Of a stretch of 64,000 nt of DNA, positions 38,760-48,332 are shown piece by piece. The stretch's first letter is position 1. The number at the start of each line of letters is the position of its first letter. The position numbers and the translations under genes are program-made. The stretch comes from Candidatus Thorarchaeota archaeon. Lineage in GTDB: Archaea; Asgardarchaeota; Thorarchaeia; Thorarchaeales; Thorarchaeaceae. The notes under the pieces are model-generated. The model ran no database searches and was not told where the DNA came from. It saw nothing but the letters and a program-made list of their open reading frames with translations. Where the stretch lies: positions 96,001 through 160,000 of the forward strand of contig RDOC01000001.1 of assembly GCA_011364985.1 (NCBI GenBank). The letters are read 5' to 3'.

Positions 38760-39774
38760 TAGGCATTCTCCTACGATTTCTTCGACCGTTTTGACATTCA
38801 ATAAAGGTGCGACTGCTCACTTCGAGCTACTACTTTATATCTGCTCCCCAATGATTTCCATTGTTTTTCTGCATATTTGATGAAGTTGCAGAGGTTTCTT
38901 GGAGCTAGCAACTGCGACTACATCATCTCATCTATTTTTCGGTGGTTGGTACCTCTTCCTATAATATGCGTTTTCGTCTTCTTTCCCAACCAAAGGCCTT
39001 GTAAGACTGGCTAAAGCTTCGCTTTTCTGTGTTCTGGTCACTTTTGTTTGACTTGCCTACTTCTCCCACCTCACATGAATCATGCGTTATTATTGCTATA
39101 TCAGAAGGGGTTGCATAAGTCTCGATCAAGGAACTCAGAATCATCATTGGGATTAATGCTTTCAATCGCATGGTTGATCCCCTCAAATGATTGTGGTATA
39201 GGCATGTCCAGTCCAATAGATTCACATAAGTTCAGATTTGAGTCAGTTTGTTCTCTGTTGTTGAAGCTTTTGGAACTCTACTCTTTGTCACATTATGAAT
39301 CTTGCTTGCAGGAATTCTACTTCATGTTGTGCCATTCTTCAGCAGATGCGGTATAGAATAGTCATAAGGCACTGAGAGTCAGAATTGGTTCTGATAGAGA
39401 AAGGATTTGAGAATGGATATATGCCTCCATAGATTGGGTTCGTTATTGTTGGATGGACATATTCTACTAGAAACTGCTGTTTTTCAATTGATCTTCTGTG
39501 TCATTTTCTGCTAACAGAGTTGACTGGATTAGGCACCACTAGGATAGAGAATCCAGTGCATCTTCTTTTCCATATGCTTCGAGAGATATCATTTGCATTA
39601 CACTTTGGATTCTGACGAAATGAAGATGCAATACTCTCGACATCTAAACAGTCAGAAGATTGACCTGCTTTAGAGACAAAACAACAAAGCATTTGCAAAT
39701 TGGCTAGTAGCGTTTCAGCATAAGATCATATTGCGAAAGACTGAGGGTGATTTGCAAGTCAATGCTATGAATAC

Positions 39775-41271
39775 CTAACCATATCGAGCAGAATCAATTG
39801 GCACAGCAGGAATCTCTATGATAAACCTCGCCCCCTGACTGTAATCTCCTGGCACTCTGTTTTCCACAACGATTTTCCCCCCATAATGACTAATGATGCG
39901 GTTTAGTAAGGTAAGACCAACTCCAGTTCCAAGGTGGCCAGAACTTAAGAGCGATACTCTTCCAAATAGTAGTCCTTTTGTTTGATCAGGGATTCCCGTC
40001 CCATGATCTGCAATGTCAATTCTAATCCTTGATTTATCTTCACTCATGACCATACTGATATCTACATCAACTGAAGGTTCTGGATCGAATCTCATTGCAT
40101 TATGAAGGACTGCATAGAAAGCATCTGTCAAGTACTCATCGGCCATTACTTCAAGCAACTCTGGTTCAATCTTGGTCTTCAGATTGAGTTCCTTGTAAGG
40201 CAAGTCTTTCTGGACTCTGTCCGTGGCTTTTGTTAATGCAGCAAGAGGGTTAGTGGGCGTAAGTTCGGGGGGTGAGTCCTCTATCTTTTTGAATTTTTGA
40301 ACATTCTTGATTAGCCGGTTGCTTCGAATCATTTGATATAATCCCTCTTGAATCAGTTCTTTTGTCCTATTTGTAAGGCCTGTATCCAACAGAAGAATAT
40401 CGAAGATCCCATATACAGCCTGATTGATATTAGATAAATCGTGACTCATCAAATCCAAAAAGAACTCGGCCCGATTCCGAGACTCTTCTATCTTCTTCTC
40501 TGATTCTATTCTGTCAGTATTATCTACCTGAACAATCTGGATTGCATCTTCTCCATCATACTGAATGACAGCGAAATGTGAATTAATCCATCTACAAGTC
40601 CCATCTCTGCGAATTATCCTAAATTGCTGATGTGTTGATGTCTCAGATCCTTCAAGAAATCTCGAATATGCCTCTCTCAATATAACGACATCCTCAGTAT
40701 GGATGAAGTTCGACATATGCTTTACCTCAAGATTCAGAATCTCATCAATAGTGCACCCCATCATATCAGCGTATGCCTGATTTGAGTAGACAATTCTGTC
40801 ATCTTGGAGAATCGCGATACCATGAACAGAAGACTCAGCTAAAGCTTTGTAATTTTCCTCACTTCGTTTAAGGTTATTCTCAGCTTGTTTTCGTTCAGTA
40901 ATATCAGATATGACCGTTTGTATAACCTTTTCTTTACCTATATCAACAAAATTAGACGAAACATCAGCAATGAATGTTTCGCCGTTCTTCCTTCTTAACG
41001 TTGCCTCAATTCTGGTCCAACCTTGCACGTTGATTGCCTCTACAATCTGTTGAATGGTTTCTTTGTCAGCAATTTTGGTGAGTTTTATGGAGAGCAGCTC
41101 ATCTCTTGTGTAACCAAAAAGGTCCACAGCGCTCTGATTTGCATCAAGTGTATTTCCATTCAGGCTTCGGATCAGAATTGCATCTCTGGTTGAATGAAAG
41201 AGCTGGCTGTATTTCTCCTCACTCATTCGAAGCTCCTCTACAGCTTCCTTCTGTGGTGTTATATCCTGCAT
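39775..41271 (-). CDS. Multi-PAS histidine kinase, 5'-truncated
   Basis: Two PAS domains, SHDLSNIN, DHGTGI, GTGVGL; begins in the PAC tail of a lost PAS domain (VQGYIVQMQDIT). Confidence 0.85.
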   Translation of the reverse strand: MQDITPQKEAVEELRMSEEKYSQLFHSTRDAILIRSLNGNTLDANQSAVDLFGYTRDELLSIKLTKIADKETIQQIVEAINVQGWTRIEATLRRKNGETFIADVSSNFVDIGKEKVIQTVISDITERKQAENNLKRSEENYKALAESSVHGIAILQDDRIVYSNQAYADMMGCTIDEILNLEVKHMSNFIHTEDVVILREAYSRFLEGSETSTHQQFRIIRRDGTCRWINSHFAVIQYDGEDAIQIVQVDNTDRIESEKKIEESRNRAEFFLDLMSHDLSNINQAVYGIFDILLLDTGLTNRTKELIQEGLYQMIRSNRLIKNVQKFKKIEDSPPELTPTNPLAALTKATDRVQKDLPYKELNLKTKIEPELLEVMADEYLTDAFYAVLHNAMRFDPEPSVDVDISMVMSEDKSRIRIDIADHGTGIPDQTKGLLFGRVSLLSSGHLGTGVGLTLLNRIISHYGGKIVVENRVPGDYSQGARFIIEIPAVPIDSARYG

Positions 41272-41671
41272 TTGTACAATATAGCCTTGTACTCATGACA
41301 TAGTCTACTGTTGCGTTGCCGTTTATCGCGGAGGTGTAGTTTATTGTGCCCAGAGTGGTTACGCCGAATCTTGTGGTCTTCAGGGTTTGATCATTTAGTT
41401 CTGAAGGTTCGAAAATGAGGTCTGGATTCAGTACGAAATAGCCAGATGGATTCTGGCGAATCCTAACGTATTGGATAATATCATTTGGATTGTAATAGAT
41501 ATTATCACATTCATACTCATCGAGAGCGCACTCATATTCTGACTGTATAGCTTGGGCTTCAAGCTCATGAATGAATGTGAACACCTGCATTGCTCCTCCT
41601 AGTAACAAGAAGACCAGCGCTATGCCCAGAACATAGTTGGCCGCATACCTTCCAGGCACTCCATTCGTCAC
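41219..41671 (-). pseudogene. N-terminal fragment of a secreted/membrane protein
   Basis: TM or signal helix followed by an extracellular-looking stretch that runs out of frame into the truncated kinase. Confidence 0.45.
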
Positions 41672-42432
41672 AATACAACCAGTCCCCTTCTCTTAATTCC
41701 TGACAAGATAAATTAAGTTTATCTTGCATTTCTATCCATTCTCGAAATCATAGAACTGCGCACCTCTCACCTGTGCCATATACGTCCTTCCTCACATGTC
41801 CGATATGATGTAATGACCCTCCTATGCCATCATCACTCAGCAAGAGCTTTGCAGGATTCCGTTCAATGAAGAACAGATCACCAATTCGAACGTTCCTCAG
41901 GTCGATCTTTGAGGCAGTAATGACGGGGCAGACTACCACTTTTCTATCTCGTCTATGTTGGTGAAGATCTATATCAGATTCTCCTTTGGAGATTTCTGAT
42001 TATGCTAATTGACGGGTATAGACTAGATCTATGAATTGACACACTCCGTGAGGGTGTATGGAATCTTAGCACCACTTCCTGATTCTGTTCGTGATCCGGC
42101 TTCTCCATTATATGGCTCATAGTGTGGTCTACTCATCTACGTTCTGGATCTGTGCGTGTATTCATGACAAATTCCAATGCTGTAATGTTCCTAGAATTAC
42201 TTGCTATCTCTGTAGGTTTCGGTCTTACTGCATACTATCCCTTGCCGAGCCGAAAAGAAGAATGAACAGTATACATTGGATAGCATTACATAGCCACGGG
42301 CATGAGTGCGTTCTCCAGGATAGGAGATCATGACAGATGTGATTCGTTTTCGGAAGTTCTTCTTCATATGAGTTTTGTCAATAGGTAAGATACTTAAAAG
42401 ACGGAAGTTTGTGGAACACTTGGAGATGGCAA

Positions 42433-43664
42433 TTGACGCCAACGATAAGTGAAAATGCAATTTCTATTGAAGGTCTAACTGGCGACGCCGCCATAGCACA
42501 TGCCCTGAAGCAATGCGACCTGGATGTCCTTGCAGCGTATCCTATTACGCCTCAGATACACTGACCCTCGTGGTCCTTGTAGAGGTAACTATAATCGTAG
42601 AAGACTTCCAGAAGTTTGCAGCAGATGGAGAAGTTCACACAGCAGTTATTCCAGTTGAGTCTGAACACAGTGCAATGAGTGCTTGTGTGGGAGCATCAGC
42701 CATTGGAGCCAGAGTTGCTACGGCCTCAGCATCAGCAGGACTCGCCCTGATGTGGGAAATTCTGTACTGCGCGGCTTCAATGCGAATGCCAATCGTCTTC
42801 ACTGTGGCAAACCGAGCACTTTCAGCCCCTATCAACATCCACAATGACCATAGTGATGGAATGGGTATGCGTGATAGCGGCTTTGTGCAGTTGTACTGTC
42901 AGTCCTCGCAGGAGGCCTATGACACCACTATTATGGCCTTTAAGTTGGCTGAGGACCACGACGTCCTGCTCCCAGTAATGGTGGGCATTGATGGATTCAT
43001 TCTCAGTCACAACGTTGAGAGAGTAGAGATGCTTCCAACAGAGATGGTCCACAAGTTCCTTGGAGTACGCGATCCTGTCCAACCCCTAGACCCGAAGAAT
43101 CCGATAACCATGGGTCCACTGGCTCTAACTGACTATTACTTCGAGTTCAAAGAGCAGCAAGACAGGGCAATGTGGCGAGTCCCTGAGGCCTACAAGAAGG
43201 TTGAAGAGGAGTTCAAGAAGATCACTGGGCGATCCTATGGAATGTTTGAAGATTACAAGACCAAGGATGCTGACATTATCATCCTCGCAATGAGCACCAT
43301 GGGAGGAACTGCAAAGGCTGTAGCCGATGTGCTTCGTGAGAAGGGCGAGAAGGTCGGAGTCATTCGACTGAAGATGTTCAGGCCATTCCCATCAGAAGAG
43401 ATTGCCGAGGCGGTTGGTGATGCCAAGGCAGTTATGATCTTCGAGAAGGCTATGTCTTTCGGTGCGGTCACAAGCCCTCTTGCCATGGAAGTGAGAAGCG
43501 CCCTCTATAATGTTGACAAGCGACCAATGGTCGTTGACTTTGTAGTCGGGCTCGGTGGAAGGGATGTGCCCCCGACAACCTTTGTTGAAGGATACGAGAA
43601 GACGAAGAGGTATTTGGAGAAAGGACAAGCTCCACTGTACGAAACCTTGGGGGTGCGAAAATAA
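42433..43664 (+). CDS. porA: Pyruvate/2-oxoacid:ferredoxin oxidoreductase alpha subunit, split by a 32-nt intron (exon 1 42433-42555, exon 2 42588-43664)
   Basis: Exon 1 (TTG after GGAGA): TGDAAIAHALKQCDLDVLAAYPITPQ; exon 2: TIIVE..VESEHSAMS..ANRALSAPINIHNDHSD..FRPFP; spliced product 399 aa. Confidence 0.93.
42556..42587 (+). other. Bulge-helix-bulge (BHB) intron in the porA mRNA
   Basis: CCUC/GAGG 4-bp helix, 3-nt bulges AGA and UAA, intron stems UACA/UGUA and GACC/GGUC; excision restores frame and motif. Confidence 0.85.
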
Positions 43665-44614
43665 TGGAAGAAGCAGCTGTATCAATCAAGGACATGCTAC
43701 AAAAAGACCAAATCCTCTCTTCTGGCCATAGGATGTGCGCCGGTTGCGCCGCTCCTACAATTGTGAAATTGATGGGCATGGCACTAAGAGGCCCTACAAT
43801 AGTCTGTGAAGCCACAGGCTGCCTTGAGGTTGCAACCACAATCTATCCCTTTACTGCGTGGAAGATACCTTGGATACACGTGGCCTTCGAGAACGCCGCA
43901 GCGGTGGCCTCTGGTGTCATTGAGGCTCAGAAGATAATGAGAGAGAAGGACCGTTCTGAGTACGAGCATGTCGACGTTATTGCTATTGGTGGTGATGGTG
44001 GAACCTTTGACATTGGATTTGGAGCAATAAGCGGCATGCTGGAGAGAGGACACGACGTCGTATACATGGTATACGATAATGGTGCCTATCAGAATACTGG
44101 AATCCAACGGTCTGGCGCTACACTACCCGGACAAGAGACCACAACATCTTGGGCAGGTAAGGTGGAACCTGGCAAGCGACAACGGAAGAAACCCTTGGCT
44201 GAGATTGTTGCCGCACACAAGACTCCATACGTTGCCACGGTTGACCCATACCACTACAGGGACTTCATCATGAAGTTCAGAAAGGCTTTGGAGGTTGATG
44301 GACCAGCGTTCATCCATGCGTTTTCCCCATGTCCAAGAGGCTGGCGGTCAGATACGTCAAGAAGTATCGAGCTGGCAAAGATGGCTGTTGAGGTTGGAAT
44401 TCACCCGCTCTACGAAGTCATCGACGGAGAAGAATGGATAATGTCAGGACCAAGTAAACGCATCAAAGAGCTCACTCCACTGGAGGAATTCTGGGCACTT
44501 CAAGGGCAGTTTCGACACCTGAAAGACCCCAAGTGGAGTGATTTCAAGAAGGATCTCCAGGACCAAGTCAACCATGATTGGGAACTTCTGAAGAAACGTT
44601 GCGGTATCGAATGA
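43664..44614 (+). CDS. porB: Pyruvate/2-oxoacid:ferredoxin oxidoreductase beta subunit
   Basis: GHRMCAGC, ATGCLEV, GGDGGTFDIG, YDNGAYQNTGIQRS, SPCPRGW. Confidence 0.95.
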   Translation: MEEAAVSIKDMLQKDQILSSGHRMCAGCAAPTIVKLMGMALRGPTIVCEATGCLEVATTIYPFTAWKIPWIHVAFENAAAVASGVIEAQKIMREKDRSEYEHVDVIAIGGDGGTFDIGFGAISGMLERGHDVVYMVYDNGAYQNTGIQRSGATLPGQETTTSWAGKVEPGKRQRKKPLAEIVAAHKTPYVATVDPYHYRDFIMKFRKALEVDGPAFIHAFSPCPRGWRSDTSRSIELAKMAVEVGIHPLYEVIDGEEWIMSGPSKRIKELTPLEEFWALQGQFRHLKDPKWSDFKKDLQDQVNHDWELLKKRCGIE

Positions 44615-44626
44615 CCGCTATGTTTC

Positions 44627-44659
44627 AGGGGCGCTCTTGCGCTCCTAATTCTCATTTTT
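44627..44659 (+). terminator. Hairpin plus T-rich terminator after porB
   Basis: AGGGGCGC-TCTT-GCGCTCCT followed by AATTCTCATTTTT. Confidence 0.55.
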
Positions 44660-44765
44660 CACGTAATCGCTTACCTCTGGAGACCAGATAACAGACTCAG
44701 GAACGCCTGCTGCTTGATACCAGCACTCACAATGACAAGATAATGATTGGCAATTCACATACGTC

Positions 44766-45929
44766 TTAACCAAGCAAAGCTAGATTCTTCGTCCTTGAGT
44801 ATAGGCTTCTCAAGGGGTGCAGCAAGACGAGTAATATCAAGGTTCCCAATACCATTGTGAGAGGCAACAAATAGGCAAGGGGGCTACTGGCTTCTCCAGA
44901 CTCGAATATGAAAAGCCCGCAAATGGAGGCAGTCACAGAAACAAATGCGTACTGGATGATTTCGGTAGGTTTCTCGTCCCACTCAATCCGCCTTATTCGA
45001 TAATAGAGAACACCTGAAGCAAGCAGAATTGCAAGCCCGTAAGAACCAAGCATGGGCAAAATTGATTCCCAGACATACTGCGACGCAAACAGGCCTGCTA
45101 GGGCTGAAACTAATAGACCGAGACCCCAGAGGAAGATATAGCTTCGCCCATGCTCTTCAAGCTGTTCTTCTACAGAACCGGTGAGCGGCTTGAATACGTG
45201 AGCACGAATCTCCTTGTTCCAAACTAGAAGACTGATACAAATCGGGCCGAGAAACCCTAACATGATTAACACTCTCGGAGCATTTCTGCTCATAGTTTGC
45301 ACGAGATAGTCAAGATCTGTTTCGTATGCTAGCTTTTGAGAGGATAGTGCCAATCGTACAAAGTCCCATTCATTGGAGGAGGTTACATTGAATGTCAATC
45401 CCTGCAGAATCCCATCTCTAATCTCCCATGCCATGAAGAATTCCAAGTTTGGTTCTGTACTGACGGATCCAGTTAGGGTCATTTCACCCCACCACTCCTC
45501 TCTAAGTGCAAGAAGGGAAAATTCACTAAGACGAGTTTCAATCTCAGACCAATATCCAACGGGCATGAAGAACGGCAAACTTGACTCTAGTGGAACCCAT
45601 CCTTGCCCAACCTGCCGCTCCACAGGCACAACTCCAGTAAAGGTGAATATACCTTCGGCTATTGCAGTTGTATTGATGACAGAAGGAGTTTCTGCCACAC
45701 GTATTCGGAGCTGTGTTGCAGACTCTATACCGTAATGAGACAGAAATTCCGTCACAAACGTGTTGCCAGCGTTTATGCAGCTTTCCACATTGTACTGAAC
45801 CTCATCATACTGCCTTACCATCCAACCTTGAGACGTCGTTGATGGCGGAAATCCAAAATACACCCAGCAACAAATAAAGGCAACTGAAACCAAGAGCAGT
45901 GTGAGCACTTTCTTTGATCTGGTTTGCAA
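44766..45929 (-). CDS. Membrane protein (extracellular domain plus multi-TM C-terminus)
   Basis: N-terminal TM helix and about five C-terminal TM helices. Confidence 0.7.
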   Translation of the reverse strand: MQTRSKKVLTLLLVSVAFICCWVYFGFPPSTTSQGWMVRQYDEVQYNVESCINAGNTFVTEFLSHYGIESATQLRIRVAETPSVINTTAIAEGIFTFTGVVPVERQVGQGWVPLESSLPFFMPVGYWSEIETRLSEFSLLALREEWWGEMTLTGSVSTEPNLEFFMAWEIRDGILQGLTFNVTSSNEWDFVRLALSSQKLAYETDLDYLVQTMSRNAPRVLIMLGFLGPICISLLVWNKEIRAHVFKPLTGSVEEQLEEHGRSYIFLWGLGLLVSALAGLFASQYVWESILPMLGSYGLAILLASGVLYYRIRRIEWDEKPTEIIQYAFVSVTASICGLFIFESGEASSPLAYLLPLTMVLGTLILLVLLHPLRSLYSRTKNLALLG

Positions 45930-46010
45930 TACGATGCCTCACTGTGAAGAGAATTCTCATCTTCGTATATCATCTTTGCTGCAAGTGAGTTTGATACCTT
46001 GATTGTATCT

Positions 46011-48236
46011 TCATGGACTTACTCTGATTCGTCCTTTGCCCTTGGCTGTAATCCGCCCAATCATTTTTGCATGTTCTACATGACGTGCTTGGAGATTTCG
46101 AAGTAGTAAGTCGCATCGTTTTTCTGGAACACTGATAAGAAGTCCACCGGAGGTCTGCGCATCAGCCAGCAGGACCCGATCCAATTCTGACAATGCATCG
46201 TCAAAATCAACGTGTGGTCTTACATGAGCGAGATTATCAAGAGTGCCACCGGGAACCACGTTCGCGACGGCAAGGTTTCGCGCCTCCTGAAGTATCGGTA
46301 CATGACTAGCGACAAGTTCAACATCTACTTTACTGCCTGCAGCCATTTCTCTTAGGTGTCCCAGAAGCCCAAAACCGGTGATATCGGTACAGGCACTCAC
46401 GCCAACTTCAATCATGACCTCGGCGGCGGTCTTGTTGAGTTCAGCCATTATTCGCGTTGCTTCTTCAGCCATAGCCACATCGACAAGACCTCGTTTGATG
46501 CCAGTGGCTATAATTCCCAAACCGATTGGTTTTGTCAAGACAAGCACATCATCGAGCTGAGCAGTACTATTTCGGAGTATCCTGTCAGGGTGAACGAACC
46601 CGGTCACTGCCAATCCATACTTTGGTTCGGTATCGTCAACCGTATGACCACCAACTATGCTGATACCAGCTTCTTTGACCTTATCTTGTGCGCCCCTGAT
46701 GATATCTTTCAGAACAGATAGTGGAAGTCTATTTGATGGGAAGCCAACTACGCTCAGAGCAAAAAGCGGTTTTGCACCCATGGCATAAATGTCACTGAGT
46801 GAGTTTGCTGCTGATATTGCCCCGAACCAATATGCGTCATCGACAATAGGAGTGAAAAAGTCAACAGTTTCCACAAGGGCATACTCATCATTTAGTTTGT
46901 AGACTGCAGCATCATCAGCGGTCTCAATGCCTACCAAGACAGAGGCATCAGTTGGAATGGGGAGGTCTCTAAGCACCTCCTCAAGAGCCTGCGGCCGAAG
47001 CTTGCAGGCACATCCTAGGCCATGAGTATATTGCGTGAGCTTGTACTCTTTTTGTTCATCCGTCTTCGTCACAGAAGCTGTGCTTGCATCGGGCTGAAGT
47101 CTTCTAACGGCTTCAGTCACTATTGTTGCAGCCTGTTCAATATCCTCTTTGGTTGTATATTTGCCCACAGAAAAACGAATTGTGCCCATTGCCCACTCTA
47201 GCGGTACATCCATAGCCTGTAAAACCTGAGATACCTCAACCTCCTCTGCATGACAAGCAGCCCCAGCGGATGCAGCGACTCTATCCCCAATCTCAGACAG
47301 CAAGGTATTGGCTTCCACATTTCGAAAACTTAGACTTAGCGTGTTTGGAAGACGCTTCTCAGGATGTCCATTTAGCCTGATCGACTCCTCACCAAGAGCA
47401 TCAACCAAGTCATTATATAGAAGGTCCCGCAGTTCCCTGACCTTCTTCATATTCTTCTCAAGGTTGCGGTTTGCAAGCTCACAAGCCTTTCCAAGTCCTA
47501 CAATTTCAAGAACATTCTCTGTTCCGGGACGCCGATCAAGCTCATGATTCGCTCCATGCATCAGCTTGCTTAGTTTAGTGCCAGTCCTGACATAGAGTAC
47601 TCCGATTCCCTTAGGAGCATAGAGCTTGTGTCCTGCCACCGACAAAAGATCGACATGAAGGTTGTCAACTGCCACAGGGATTTTTCCTACAGACTGCGCA
47701 GCATCTGTATGAAAGAGTGCACCATTCTCGTGTGCAATCTCCGTCAATTCTGTAATAGGTTGAATAGTTCCAACCTCATTATTGGCATGCATGATAGTTA
47801 CAAGAATTGTTTCGGAGTCTATCGCCTTCTCAAGGTCATCTGGATTCACAAGCCCATTCTCATCGACTGGAAGGATAGTGATACGGAAGCCCTGGTCCTT
47901 CAACCAATCACAAACCTCAGCAACGGCAGGATGTTCAATTGCAGACGTGATTATGTGATTGCCATGTTCTCGTCGGGACATCGCAACGCCCTTGATTGCG
48001 TAATTATTGCTCTCAGTTCCCCCGCTAGTGAAGACAATCTCATGGGCTCTGCAATTAAGAAGGGAGGCAACCTGTGCTCTCGCCTTCTCCACAGCCCTCT
48101 TTGCCTTTGCACCATAAAGATGGCTGCTGGATGGATTTCCGAAATGCTCGTACAGATATGGAGCCATCTCGTCAGCAACTTCCTTGTCAATCGGCGTTGT
48201 TGCATTATAGTCTAGATATATGGGACGGTCAGGCAT
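46011..48236 (-). CDS. selD: Cysteine desulfurase/selenocysteine lyase (NifS) fused to selenophosphate synthetase (SelD)
   Basis: IYLDYNATT, TSGGTES, AGHKLYAPKG, SAGAACH; then HGLGCACK, DDAAV, VDFFTPIVDD, TDITGFGLLGH, DAQTSGGLL. Confidence 0.93.
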   Translation of the reverse strand: MPDRPIYLDYNATTPIDKEVADEMAPYLYEHFGNPSSSHLYGAKAKRAVEKARAQVASLLNCRAHEIVFTSGGTESNNYAIKGVAMSRREHGNHIITSAIEHPAVAEVCDWLKDQGFRITILPVDENGLVNPDDLEKAIDSETILVTIMHANNEVGTIQPITELTEIAHENGALFHTDAAQSVGKIPVAVDNLHVDLLSVAGHKLYAPKGIGVLYVRTGTKLSKLMHGANHELDRRPGTENVLEIVGLGKACELANRNLEKNMKKVRELRDLLYNDLVDALGEESIRLNGHPEKRLPNTLSLSFRNVEANTLLSEIGDRVAASAGAACHAEEVEVSQVLQAMDVPLEWAMGTIRFSVGKYTTKEDIEQAATIVTEAVRRLQPDASTASVTKTDEQKEYKLTQYTHGLGCACKLRPQALEEVLRDLPIPTDASVLVGIETADDAAVYKLNDEYALVETVDFFTPIVDDAYWFGAISAANSLSDIYAMGAKPLFALSVVGFPSNRLPLSVLKDIIRGAQDKVKEAGISIVGGHTVDDTEPKYGLAVTGFVHPDRILRNSTAQLDDVLVLTKPIGLGIIATGIKRGLVDVAMAEEATRIMAELNKTAAEVMIEVGVSACTDITGFGLLGHLREMAAGSKVDVELVASHVPILQEARNLAVANVVPGGTLDNLAHVRPHVDFDDALSELDRVLLADAQTSGGLLISVPEKRCDLLLRNLQARHVEHAKMIGRITAKGKGRIRVSP

Positions 48237-48332
48237 TCTATCTTCAACCCCTATATTGAATTCGGGTCTAGGACCCTCAAAATTCTTTTGAAATGCACAA
48301 ATGTTATCTTGCTCAGCTCTGGCGACCATGAA

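Noticed and set aside
41270-41300. Possible second BHB intron at the truncated-kinase junction (hairpin GTACAA/TTGTAC)
   Set aside because: No 4-bp central helix with two 3-nt bulges can be formed, and the two ORFs look unrelated
42562-42564. TGA in porA as a selenocysteine codon
   Set aside because: Readthrough would stay out of frame with exon 2 and hit TAG within a few codons; the position does not correspond to a Cys
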